A stretch of 64,000 nucleotides of DNA from NCBI GenBank assembly GCA_036704005.1, contig DATNQO010000120.1, positions 3,298 through 67,297 on the forward strand, read 5' to 3'. A model generated the notes under the pieces. That model saw nothing but the letters and a program-made list of their open reading frames with translations. It was not told the DNA's origin and ran no database searches. The DNA is from Leptolyngbyaceae cyanobacterium (lineage in GTDB: Bacteria; Cyanobacteriota; Cyanobacteriia; Cyanobacteriales; Nostocaceae). The number at the start of each line of letters is the position of its first letter. Positions within the stretch are counted from its first letter, which is position 1. The translations under genes and the position numbers were made by a program. Positions 38,801 through 47,050 of the stretch are shown here, in pieces.

Positions 38801-39106
38801 TAAACCATGACCGATAAAGTACAGCAGTGCCGTTTCTGGGACATTCTGTCCCACTGGGTTAAATAGCTGAATAATTGCATCTTCTAATGTATCAGACTTG
38901 ACCAAGCCATCAGATGCAACGCAACGCTGTTCACCTTGAATCCTTTCTGGTAAGCGCCGCACACGAAAACCGCCATATTCTTCCAATCGTTGGGCGATCG
39001 CTTCGGCATCATTAGCAGGAGTAACCAGATTTTTCGCTTTGCTTGTTGGAGTATCTTTCAGGAAAGGATACTGATTAATTCCCACTACCAGCGCATCTCG
39101 ATTCAT
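35816..39106 (-). CDS. caspase-like peptidase + STAND P-loop NTPase + TM helix + beta-propeller (Reg_prop-like repeats)
   Basis: 1096 aa. H100 (YFIGHG), C151 (VWLDCCYSG). PYKGLRFFDVEDAAYFYGRE precedes Walker A GVSGSGKS and Walker B LLIVDQFEE. TM at aa 731-754. Repeats NLWLGTDQGLY, SLWISAPEAL and YLWIGTDQGVY. Confidence 0.75.
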   Translation of the reverse strand: MNRDALVVGINQYPFLKDTPTSKAKNLVTPANDAEAIAQRLEEYGGFRVRRLPERIQGEQRCVASDGLVKSDTLEDAIIQLFNPVGQNVPETALLYFIGHGLRKNRGGVTEGFLATSDVDPRKNQWGVSLRWLRELLQKSPLKQQIVWLDCCYSGELFNFREADLGTSPQEQTRFFIAASREFEVAEEDIAGQHGVFSQALWQGLDPRQQPDGLVNNDKLIEFISQTLKEIPQQPIWYNPNREIILTGERENTLIHIPEGVCPYKGLRFFDVEDAAYFYGRELLTQKLIQHIQVGKGNFLAVLGVSGSGKSSLLRAGLIYQLQQERRLPETEQWKIRVLTPTERPLVSLATVFLDESVTDIQRAEQLKIAEDAIAQGATGVARLIKAARSPRTLLIVDQFEEIFTLCQNPTDRQHFISSLLGALKQTEDKLCLIFAMRDDFLGKCATHHQLADLIQSNLLMVTPMSLEELQRVIREPAAKLGRKVEENLINAILQDLGVAVEDSPQEPEPGMLPLLSYTLEQLWQRQTLNWLKLDSYHQLGGVRKTLENLAEQTYKQLSAEEQKIADLIFINLTQLGEGTPDTRKQVPQRDLDSLGKSAQLVKQVIQKLAQAKLIVTSEQRRGEEKVAVVDVAHEALIRHWSRLQKLLDNNREAIRTERRIQAAAEEWEDKGKMFESAYLLQGKKLAEVEYFLEKNFRIIHLSSLAQEFIKISRIETDRQEFIKNRRRKNTFIGLIFALCMTTGFSIMLSIQLVKTTEILTKKNEIENLKQAINQTSPIQETVNFSIEKLIITNKSLWMAAYSPKRYFHNGLLRKHGLGLWQYNMQTHILSKYLPEKKVSAIWAEGEEIWVGVKELGVLKGKLDNDKMVFKTIKSIPNDTEILTIAKDKQGNLWLGTDQGLYIQNSRGWQYIRDIHQLCKSLPTSSLHIDKIVIDKNNNSLWISAPEALIRMGIGNDQPICYHEKQQDGFKLPFRDFRTLNFNSEQRTLAIGDFNGNVSMITNVSSDSRLKNNDISNYSTLGSTILDLIILPNKSILALTNKNHISLYNHIDNNWVNISIKNGQVKKVYNMILGTDKYLWIGTDQGVYRSNKPIVK

Positions 39107-39281
39107 TAGTTTGAGACATATTTTTGGTCAATATAATTGTTTTACAGCGAATTTCCAAAACTCTCAACATCTTCTCTTCCCACACCTCCCAAACCTTATA
39201 GATTATTTTCAATGAACGGCTTTAACTGAAAGATAACCTTAACATGAGATTCTATTGAATTATTTATTCGTAAGGAGAATC

Positions 39282-39467
39282 ATGGTATTCAACCAAGTCA
39301 CAGAACACCTGATTGCCCTCAAAAATGTTAGAAAATTTTATCAGCAACCCAACGGACAGCAAATTGTTATTTTAGAAAATATTCGTCTTGAGTTGCGTCC
39401 GGGAGAAATAGTGGCATTGCTGGGGCCACGGAAAATGCACCACAATCTTGGATGTTGGATATTTTGA
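39282..39467 (+). pseudogene. 5' fragment of an ABC-transporter ATPase gene
   Basis: AAGGAG Shine-Dalgarno plus ATG 39282. LKNVRKFYQQPNGQQIVILENIRLELRPGEIVALLGP then breaks exactly where the Walker A SGSGKS should follow. Confidence 0.6.
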
Positions 39468-39881
39468 GGCGATTGACATTTAATTATCCACAGCCAGAAT
39501 TTATACTCATTCTCTCATCTGTTAGGTTTAAAGTGAAACTATTTGTACTTCATAAAATTAATCCTAAAGATAGATGAAATATGAAATTTCATGCAATTTT
39601 TAATCGTTATATTTTAGATAGCTACGCAACAAAGCCCATTGATTTTACTCAGAATGCTTTGTTGTAAGCTTTTCAAATAATTTTTATAAGATTTTGATTA
39701 TTCCTGCTCTATTCCAATATTTTATTTATAAAGATAGATGATATTTATATTTATTTTTGATAAAAATAACTAGGATTATTTCCTAGCGTTTGCCAATCTT
39801 TATCCAGGTCTGTCAAATAAAGGGTATCCGCAAAAGTAGCCAAGCTTAACATTTATTGATGTAATTCTCTTACCATTTGCT

Positions 39882-40742
39882 ATGCTTAAAAAAATTGGTA
39901 TTATTACTTTAGGATATGGCAAACCTAGATATATTGAAATGGCAAAAACTTTAGCGCGATCGCTTAAGTTACACTCACCAAATATTTCCAGGGCAATTGT
40001 TACTGATAGAACAGAAGAGAAGGAGATTTTAGAACTTTTTGATATAGTAATTCCTTTTAACAAGGACTACGGTTCTAACTTAAGACAAAAGCTTTACATA
40101 AATGAATATACTCCCTATACGAAAACATTATTTATTGACAGTGACAGCATTGTGGTTAAGGATATTTATTTTATTTTTGAAGAGCTTGAAGGCAGAAGCT
40201 TTACTGTACCAGGGGAAAGACTTTTAAGTTTTGGGGATCAGGACAACTTTATTGAAGATGTAGATTTTATTTTAAAAAAGTTCAATTTAACAGCATTACC
40301 TAAATTCAATGGTGGCGTTTATTATTTTGATGATAGTGAGTGCGCTACTGAAATTTTTACAACAGCTCAAAGCATTTTAAAAGACTGCCACAATTTACCC
40401 TTTAGTCAATTTCGTAATGATGGGCCATCAGAAGAGCCTTTATTTGCAATCGCTATGGCAGTTCACAATCAAACCATGTTTAATGATGCTGGTAGATTTA
40501 TGCGCACCCCTATAGGGATTACAGGAAAGTTGGAAATTGATGTTTTGAAAGGAAAAAGTAGATTTAAAAAGTATCAGAACATAGTATCCCCAGCAATTGT
40601 ACATTTTGCAGGTGATTGGGCAGAAACCTATATTTATTATCGTGAAGCTTTAAAACTAACAGAACAATACCCTTTAGTAAAGTTAATAGCTTTGTTGAAA
40701 GTTTTGCTCCAAGCTCCCAAAAAGTTTTTTGCAAAACATTAA
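39882..40742 (+). CDS. putative GT-A-fold glycosyltransferase
   Basis: 286 aa in very AT-rich DNA. IGIITLGYG...ARSL and the DxD-like LFIDSDSIVV suggest a nucleotide-sugar transferase. Tentative. Confidence 0.4.
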   Translation: MLKKIGIITLGYGKPRYIEMAKTLARSLKLHSPNISRAIVTDRTEEKEILELFDIVIPFNKDYGSNLRQKLYINEYTPYTKTLFIDSDSIVVKDIYFIFEELEGRSFTVPGERLLSFGDQDNFIEDVDFILKKFNLTALPKFNGGVYYFDDSECATEIFTTAQSILKDCHNLPFSQFRNDGPSEEPLFAIAMAVHNQTMFNDAGRFMRTPIGITGKLEIDVLKGKSRFKKYQNIVSPAIVHFAGDWAETYIYYREALKLTEQYPLVKLIALLKVLLQAPKKFFAKH

Positions 40743-40948
40743 AATAGCGATATCAGTTTAATAGGTGGTAAAGAATTTACACTTGCCATCATTGTGAATT
40801 TAAAAATTGTAGATGAACTATTTAATTAAGAATTTCCTAGCGAATTTGACCCTTTGAGAATTGCCACTAAAATCTGCATTAGTTCCTTTAAATTTTTAGA
40901 CATATTTAGTATAACGGAACACAGAACAGCTTGAAAATTCCGATTTTT

Positions 40949-41242
40949 TTAGTTATTTCTGCCAACACCTGTAGAGGCAGCCTGTCCACAGGGTATTTCT
41001 AATTCTGTTGTATTTGCTTGATTGTTTGTAACTTGCCTATTCTCTTTTAATATCCGGCTATAAGTCCGTTGAGGTATAAAGTGAAGTGGGTTGTAGCCAA
41101 CAAAACGCAAAATTAATACACAAGCCCAGGAATATCTCCCATCAGTAATTGCTTCAATTATCTGATTTAATTGTTCAGTAGTCATCGTATTCTGAAAACT
41201 AGACCCAGAAGAATGGATGGGGTATCTCATAATGGTTTTCAA
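40949..41242 (-). CDS. HetP-family protein (heterocyst commitment protein paralogue type)
   Basis: TEQLNQIIEAITDGRYSWACVLILRFVGYNPLHFIPQRTYSRILKEN matches the conserved HetP core as I remember it from Anabaena. Confidence 0.65.
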   Translation of the reverse strand: MKTIMRYPIHSSGSSFQNTMTTEQLNQIIEAITDGRYSWACVLILRFVGYNPLHFIPQRTYSRILKENRQVTNNQANTTELEIPCGQAASTGVGRNN

Positions 41243-41736
41243 TAAAGTACAGGTTAGAGCCTTGAGAGTCTATTGCTATCCGTATTTTATGGTTAGTTGG
41301 TGTTTTATTTTAATCTATCTAGCGTTACCATTTACTTTAGAGTAGCTGATTGTTATACAAATTGAAACAATTCGCAAAAAATGGTTTAATTTTCTCAAAT
41401 AGAATATCTGCAATGCACTGGAAAATGAAGTTTATTTGACTAGCTTTTAACTTGATGGCTTGATTATTAGCAGTAATTATCACTGAAAAAACTGCACCTT
41501 TAGGAGAAATAAATATGGTTTTTTAACTTTTGAGTAGTGCAGTGAGAATATTGAAAATTTATAACCATTTCTTCAACTCCAGACAGCAACTTCACCAAGC
41601 AAAACAAACTACGAAACAGTTACCTAAAATACAGAATACTAGTTTATTGCGTCTAATTCAGCCAGATTGGCATTTTTTTACGAATAAAAATAATTCAAAT
41701 TTGTTGCCCGATTTTTTCCAAAGTCAAATAGTATTC

Positions 41737-42957
41737 CTATATGACCTTGACTTTAACCTCGCCTTGTGAGAGTTGAATCAACAATTCATCGCCCACAGCT
41801 AGTTCAGCCGCAGTTCGCGCGATCGCCCCATTTTCCTGTCTCACCACTGCATAGCCACGCTGTAACACCGCTTTCGGGTCAAGGCTGATTAATTTTTCTC
41901 GTAACAGTTGTAAGTGCTGCTTGGCTTGCTGCGATCGCCCCAAAGTTAACTGTAACAATTGTTGACGCTGCCAATTTAATTTTTGTGCTTCTTGTTGTAA
42001 CTGCTTATCCAAGCGCAGATTTAGCAAACGCTGGCGTAATCTTTGCAGATCATTTTCCGCCGATGTCTGAGAATAAAGTAAAACTTCGTGTAAAGCCGCT
42101 ATTCGCAACCGATGCTGATTATATAACTCTGCCAATGATGGGACAACCGTTTCGGCGGCTGCCGTCGGTGTATGTACGCAAACATCCGCCACCAAATCTA
42201 CCAAAGACTCATCTCGTTGATGACCGATCCCCGTCACTACAGGGATGGAACAATCAGCCACCGCCCGCACTACCCGCTCATCATTAAAGCAAGCCAATTC
42301 CTCAACCGCACCCCCACCCCGTGATAAGATTAGCACCTCGGCGCGTCCATCCCGTTCTACCCGTGCGATCGCCTTGACGATAGATTCTGGTGCTTGTTCA
42401 CCTTGCACTGTCGCCGGGGAAAATAAAACCTGTAACCCTGGATATCGATGTTTGAGAGTTTTTTGAATATCACCCCAAGCCGCAGCCGTTGGTGAAGTGA
42501 CAACAGCGATAGTTTGGGGATGTATAGGAAGCGATCGCTTTCTTTGGGGATCAAACAACCCCTCCGCCAACAAACGATTTTTGAGTTGCTGATAACGCAG
42601 CGCTTGTAAACCCGACCCCGCAGGCAAAGCTTGCCATACTGTTAATTGATATTCCCCCCTTTGCGGATACAGGCGGATACTACCCAACAATATGATTTGT
42701 TCGCCTGCGACAGGTAATTGTGCCAGCTTAGCTATTTGACCACTCCAGACAACACACTTAATTGCTGCTGTACCATCAGGGTCTTGTAAGGTGAAAAATA
42801 ATCCACTGCGATGATTATTAGCACTAGAAACTTCCCCAACTATCCAAACTTGCCGCAGTTGTTCATCATGTTCCAACAGCAAGCGCAGATAATCAGTTAA
42901 CCCAGATACAGAAAGTGCTGTATCGAGAATCATTGAACCAGCGAAATCAGAAGCCAT
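41737..42957 (-). CDS. xseA: exodeoxyribonuclease VII large subunit
   Basis: 406 aa. OB-fold N-terminus, IAVVTSPTAAAWGDI, SRGGGAVEELACFNDERVVRAVA, and a C-terminal coiled coil. Confidence 0.9.
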   Translation of the reverse strand: MASDFAGSMILDTALSVSGLTDYLRLLLEHDEQLRQVWIVGEVSSANNHRSGLFFTLQDPDGTAAIKCVVWSGQIAKLAQLPVAGEQIILLGSIRLYPQRGEYQLTVWQALPAGSGLQALRYQQLKNRLLAEGLFDPQRKRSLPIHPQTIAVVTSPTAAAWGDIQKTLKHRYPGLQVLFSPATVQGEQAPESIVKAIARVERDGRAEVLILSRGGGAVEELACFNDERVVRAVADCSIPVVTGIGHQRDESLVDLVADVCVHTPTAAAETVVPSLAELYNQHRLRIAALHEVLLYSQTSAENDLQRLRQRLLNLRLDKQLQQEAQKLNWQRQQLLQLTLGRSQQAKQHLQLLREKLISLDPKAVLQRGYAVVRQENGAIARTAAELAVGDELLIQLSQGEVKVKVI

Positions 42958-43000
42958 TTCAGGTCAGGTCTGTATAAAGGCTATCCAGATCGTAGCATTG

Positions 43001-43091
43001 GGATGGGGAGTGGGGGGAGATGGGGGAAAGGGGAAAGGGGAAAAGGGGAAAAGGGGAAAGGGGAAAGGAAGAACTGTCAACTGTCAACTGT
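43001..43091. repeat. STRR arrays (GGGGAAA-type units and CTGTCAA units)
   Basis: Read directly. ORFs 42959-43150 and 43020-43247 are translations of them. Confidence 0.9.
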
Positions 43092-43227
43092 ATATGGCCT
43101 GATTGTTGCTGTTTGAGGAAAGCTACAGTAGCCCTTGTGACATACAACACACCGAAAACGTTGACTTCAAACGATCGCCTCCACTCGCTAGGATTACCCG
43201 TATCAATTTATAAGCAACTTATCAGTG

Positions 43228-43319
43228 TTATAGCAGTAGCCACATAGGTTAGGACATAGGTAAATTATAAAACCTTATATTAAGCAGCTTTTGAAGCTGT
43301 CACCTGTCCCCTGCTATAA
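43228..43319 (+). mobile_element. MITE-like element, copy b (perfect 9-bp TIR TTATAGCAG / CTGCTATAA)
   Basis: TIRs at 43228-43236 and 43311-43319. Internal TAGGTTAGGACATAGG and CTGTCACCTGTCCC are shared with the other copies. Confidence 0.65.
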
Positions 43320-43650
43320 ATTAAAGATAGGGAATATATGAATATTCCCAAGAAAAAACCCCATAGCTCACTAGGGGTTGTAGTTAATAGTTCTCTCGTG
43401 TGTACAAATGTACTATATTTTGGAGCAGTAATCAAGAGATACCACAAGAAGCTCAGTATATTTGCCCCATAAAATGGTGGATTGCTTTGTTGTAAGTTAG
43501 CACCTCAGCTAAGGTCTTTTTTAACAGTGAACAGTTATCAGTTAAATACGTTGGTGAAACACCACACCAATTGGTGAAAGGCTTTGGTTGCGGTTCTTTT
43601 TCCCCCACCATACGCCCTGGCTGACTGATAACTGATAACTGATTTAAGAC

Positions 43651-45276
43651 TTAAAAAGTGAAGGTGGTTCTTAAAGTACCAATTATGGCATCATCGCCAT
43701 CAGCTTGGCCAGGATTGGTTAACCAAATCACACCAGGGGTAATAGAAATATTGTCACTGAGGCGATATCTGTAAAAGCCTTCAATATGGTATGGTCTGTC
43801 ATTATCTACACTACCTAGATATGGTTGAGCGCCAGCAAAAATGCCTAACAGGTTGCCTCTTTTACCAAAGTCTGGTAAGGCTACACCAAGACCGTAACTC
43901 CAAACTTCCCCATCATCACCATTGCCAAAGCCTGTAATATCGCTGTACATTACAAAGCCACTAATGGAGAGTTGATTACTAGGTCTGAAAGCAGCCTCAA
44001 AGCCGTAGGAGTTACTGGCGTAGGGGTTGCCACCTGCAACAAAGTTAGCTTGACTAGTACCAACTACAGCCCTATCGACTAAACCTGCATCAAATAAAGC
44101 ACTCCTTCCACCATGATAGCCGTGAACGTAGGTTGCTGCTACGGTGAGGCGATCGCCTACATCAAGTTTCAATTGCCCTAAAGCTGCATAATTACCCTCG
44201 AATAAACCTGAACCAGCATTAGGATTATTCGGTTCTGAAGCTAAATAACCCAAAGTGAGGGTAGGTTTGAAGCTACCACTACCAAGCACTAAGTTAACCC
44301 CAAGACCCGCACCTCCACCAATGCGATAGATGGGACTTTCTGAGGCAAATGTGGATAAAGCACCATTTCCACCGTCGAAGTCTTCAAAGAAAGGATTGAC
44401 TGTAGGTACATAATCGCTTTGAATACCACCTGTAGCAGCCAGGTAAATTTGGGCGTTACCAACAGGGAAGTAATAAGCTAACCAATCAATGACAGCATTG
44501 TTACCGCCTGGGGATAGATTAAAAGTTTGAGTTCCCTCAAATGTATCCGGTAAATTCAACCCCTGAGCATTCCCAGCAGCAATACGTGTATTGAGAGTGT
44601 CTCTACCTGTAAAACTGGTTTGAAAGTTTAACCTGACCCGATTTTGAAATACAGTGTTGTTTTCGTCGTCATTTCCAAAGGTATCAGTGACAGCAAAAAT
44701 TGCCTCTCCCACCAGTTTGGTTGTGGTGGAAAATTGATTTGCTTCTAACTCTGCTGTACGTGTTTCTAGCGCGTCTACTCTTCCTCGCAAAGTTGCGAGT
44801 TCGGCTCTAAATTCTTCTTGTAAACGTTGTAATGTGGCTAAGTCTTCTTTTCTGACTAAATCAGCCGTAGCTGTGGCAATTAATTCATTAACTCTATCCA
44901 AACAAGCATTCAAACCTGCGGCAAATTCATACCGCGTTAAAGCGCGATTACCTCGATAAGTACCGTTGGGATAGCCTGCAATACAACCATAACGTTCGAC
45001 TAGAGATTGTAATGCAGCAAATGCCCAATCAGTTGGCTGTACATCGGAAAATTGGGAGACTGATGTAACTTGAGACAGTGCATTGTTATCGTTGTTGACT
45101 GTTTCTACGATGTTATTTGCATCAGTTTTTGCTTGAGTAATTAATACATTTGTCTGTGCTGTTTTATTTGGCGATGCTCCCACTGTTTCCAAAGCATCTG
45201 CGTTAGCTGAAGCTAACATATTTAATCCTAAAACTAGCGGACTTAATGCTAGCGTTTTCCACAATATCTGCGACAT
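43651..45276 (-). CDS. SLH-domain / OprB-family outer-membrane porin
   Basis: Signal peptide, SLH motif TDWAFAALQSLVERYGCIAGYPNGTYRGNRALTRYEFAAGLNACL, coiled coil, and a beta-barrel ending ...RTTFTF. ATG 45276 has a GAGGAAG Shine-Dalgarno. Confidence 0.8.
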   Translation of the reverse strand: MSQILWKTLALSPLVLGLNMLASANADALETVGASPNKTAQTNVLITQAKTDANNIVETVNNDNNALSQVTSVSQFSDVQPTDWAFAALQSLVERYGCIAGYPNGTYRGNRALTRYEFAAGLNACLDRVNELIATATADLVRKEDLATLQRLQEEFRAELATLRGRVDALETRTAELEANQFSTTTKLVGEAIFAVTDTFGNDDENNTVFQNRVRLNFQTSFTGRDTLNTRIAAGNAQGLNLPDTFEGTQTFNLSPGGNNAVIDWLAYYFPVGNAQIYLAATGGIQSDYVPTVNPFFEDFDGGNGALSTFASESPIYRIGGGAGLGVNLVLGSGSFKPTLTLGYLASEPNNPNAGSGLFEGNYAALGQLKLDVGDRLTVAATYVHGYHGGRSALFDAGLVDRAVVGTSQANFVAGGNPYASNSYGFEAAFRPSNQLSISGFVMYSDITGFGNGDDGEVWSYGLGVALPDFGKRGNLLGIFAGAQPYLGSVDNDRPYHIEGFYRYRLSDNISITPGVIWLTNPGQADGDDAIIGTLRTTFTF

Positions 45277-45413
45277 CTTCCTCACACCTTGCCTTACGGA
45301 CATTGCTATCTTAACCAAGAATATTCTGCCATATTTTTTACAACTTGTCTGTGTTAGATGCGGCATATGTTAGGAGATTTTAAAAAAGGTAAGTCCTGAA
45401 AATATGCAAAATT

Positions 45414-45477
45414 TAGGGTGCGTCAGTAAGAGAAACCCTAGCCATACCAAGAAAATACTGATACTGATGCACCCTAC
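45414..45477. repeat. hairpin repeat of the GTAGGGTGCGTCAG family
   Basis: Arms TAGGGTGCGTCAG (45414-45426) and CTGATGCACCCTA (45464-45476), with one mismatch. Confidence 0.8.
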
Positions 45478-46084
45478 TAACTTTTATCTCTGTGTCTCTG
45501 TGCCTCTGTGGTTAATTAATGCAAAATTTTAGTCTATACACGAAAATAATGGCGTGGCAAGGCTAAAATATTTCAATAGATTTGAGAAAAAATTGAACGC
45601 AGATGAACGCAGATGTTGGCGCAGCCTTTGCTACGCAACGCTACCGCGTTCTCGCAGAGTACCCGCAGGGTACGCAGATGAGTAAAATTCAGATTTTTCG
45701 CTAATGCACAAGTTTAGGCTTGCCACGCTAATAATGTGCGTTAAGCGCTGCTTTAACGCAAGGTATTTGCTGGTGCGTTACGGCTAATTCCTCATTTCGC
45801 CAATGCTCAAATCCTTACATAGTCGTAACACACCCTACTTAATATTTACTTTATAAATAACCTCTTATTAAGTCCGATTAACTAGTGATCAGGGCATCTA
45901 TCTGTGCAAAAGTCGGCAAACGTTCTTTGCCCCTGCCCCCCTGCCGTCTTAATTATAAGTCTTTAACCGGACACGATATTAGGGTTCACGCTCACACCAT
46001 TGGATATAAGCTAGAAGTGAGCGATCGCAACCAAGCACTCATCCTCCCATGACAAAAACAGTTAATTTAATCTAGCAAGCTGTA

Positions 46085-46184
46085 TTATGGTAGGAGACAG
46101 GTACAGGATTAAAATCTGTTTTTTTGAGGTTTTATAATTATTCTATGTCCTAATTTATCTAACAACTACTATAAAATTGTTTTT
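46085..46184 (-). mobile_element. MITE-like element, copy e (degenerate, reverse orientation)
   Basis: Its reverse complement reads TTATAGTAGT...AAATTAGGACATAG...CCTGTACCTGTCTCCTACCATAA and aligns to copies a-d. Confidence 0.5.
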
Positions 46185-46686
46185 GGCTGGTTAAGTAAGA
46201 TGAATCATCAATAATGATGATTCAGTCATGATATTTTTATCTATGATTGAATAAATTTATTTTTTTTGGATGAAGATTTTTGTGAAAAAATGCGTAACAC
46301 CGATTCTCCAAAAGAGGGCGACAGATGCAAATCACCGAACTCCGGCAGCATCTGAGTTTCCTAATTGCCTTGGCATTAGCTCTTGCTACGCAGGCTATGC
46401 GCGAATTGCGAATTGGCATAACCTTTGAAAAGTAGCACTGGTGATGAGCAATTAACTATTCTTTGATAATCAATTCGCTAAATTTCTATAAATTTTTCAG
46501 CATTTAAGTTTTATTTTATCTGAATTTAGTGTATTCTAGTTTCTCCTGAGTATTTTTTACAACATCAGACATCATATCAGCTTCATTACGGATCTTTCCC
46601 AAGATTCTTGAAGAACTGTACTAGTGTGTCTAAAAATCAATCTTGAGATTAACCTTTTTCTGTCACTGTATAAGGCATAAAAACCA

Positions 46687-46953
46687 ATGGATATACGGCT
46701 AATAAAAAAATCGGAAAAATTAGTTCTGAAAAAGATAAAAATGATGGAGGAAACAGAAGAACAAAATCTGCCTCCTGATCCTCTGGATACACCAGAACCC
46801 ATTGTTGAAGAACAAACAGAAGTATATATAGATATTAGAGAACCTAACTATATTCCTTTACGAGATCAGCCTGTAACTCAGTCTGTGGGCAACTCAGGCT
46901 GGCAAGTATCTGATATTTGGCGAGATATTAGAGTAGATAACTTTTGTAATTAG
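46687..46953 (+). CDS. hypothetical acidic protein
   Basis: 88-aa ORF (may start at the internal MMEE). No family recognised. Confidence 0.3.
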   Translation: MDIRLIKKSEKLVLKKIKMMEETEEQNLPPDPLDTPEPIVEEQTEVYIDIREPNYIPLRDQPVTQSVGNSGWQVSDIWRDIRVDNFCN

Positions 46954-46970
46954 TTCAGAAGGCAGGAGGC

Positions 46971-47050
46971 AGTTGACAGTTGACAGTTGACAGTTGTTCT
47001 CCTCTGCTCCCCTACTCCCCAGTCCCCAGTCCTCAATCAACTGTCAACTA
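46971..47050. repeat. STRR arrays (AGTTGAC units; CCCCAGT units)
   Basis: Read directly. Confidence 0.85.

Noticed and set aside
41530-41769. 79-aa plus-strand ORF
   Set aside because: It has a TTG start, sits in AT-rich DNA and gives an Asn/Gln/Phe-rich product that overlaps the xseA 3' end. It is probably spurious.
42959-43247. 63- and 75-aa ORFs upstream of xseA
   Set aside because: Both are translations of GGGGAAA/CTGTCAA repeat arrays (FPLSPFPLFPFPLSP / GERGKGKRGKGERGK).
46237-46802. 60- and 76-aa minus-strand ORFs in the porin upstream region
   Set aside because: They have no Shine-Dalgarno, low-complexity or Cys/Arg-rich products, and lie in a repeat-dense AT-rich spacer.
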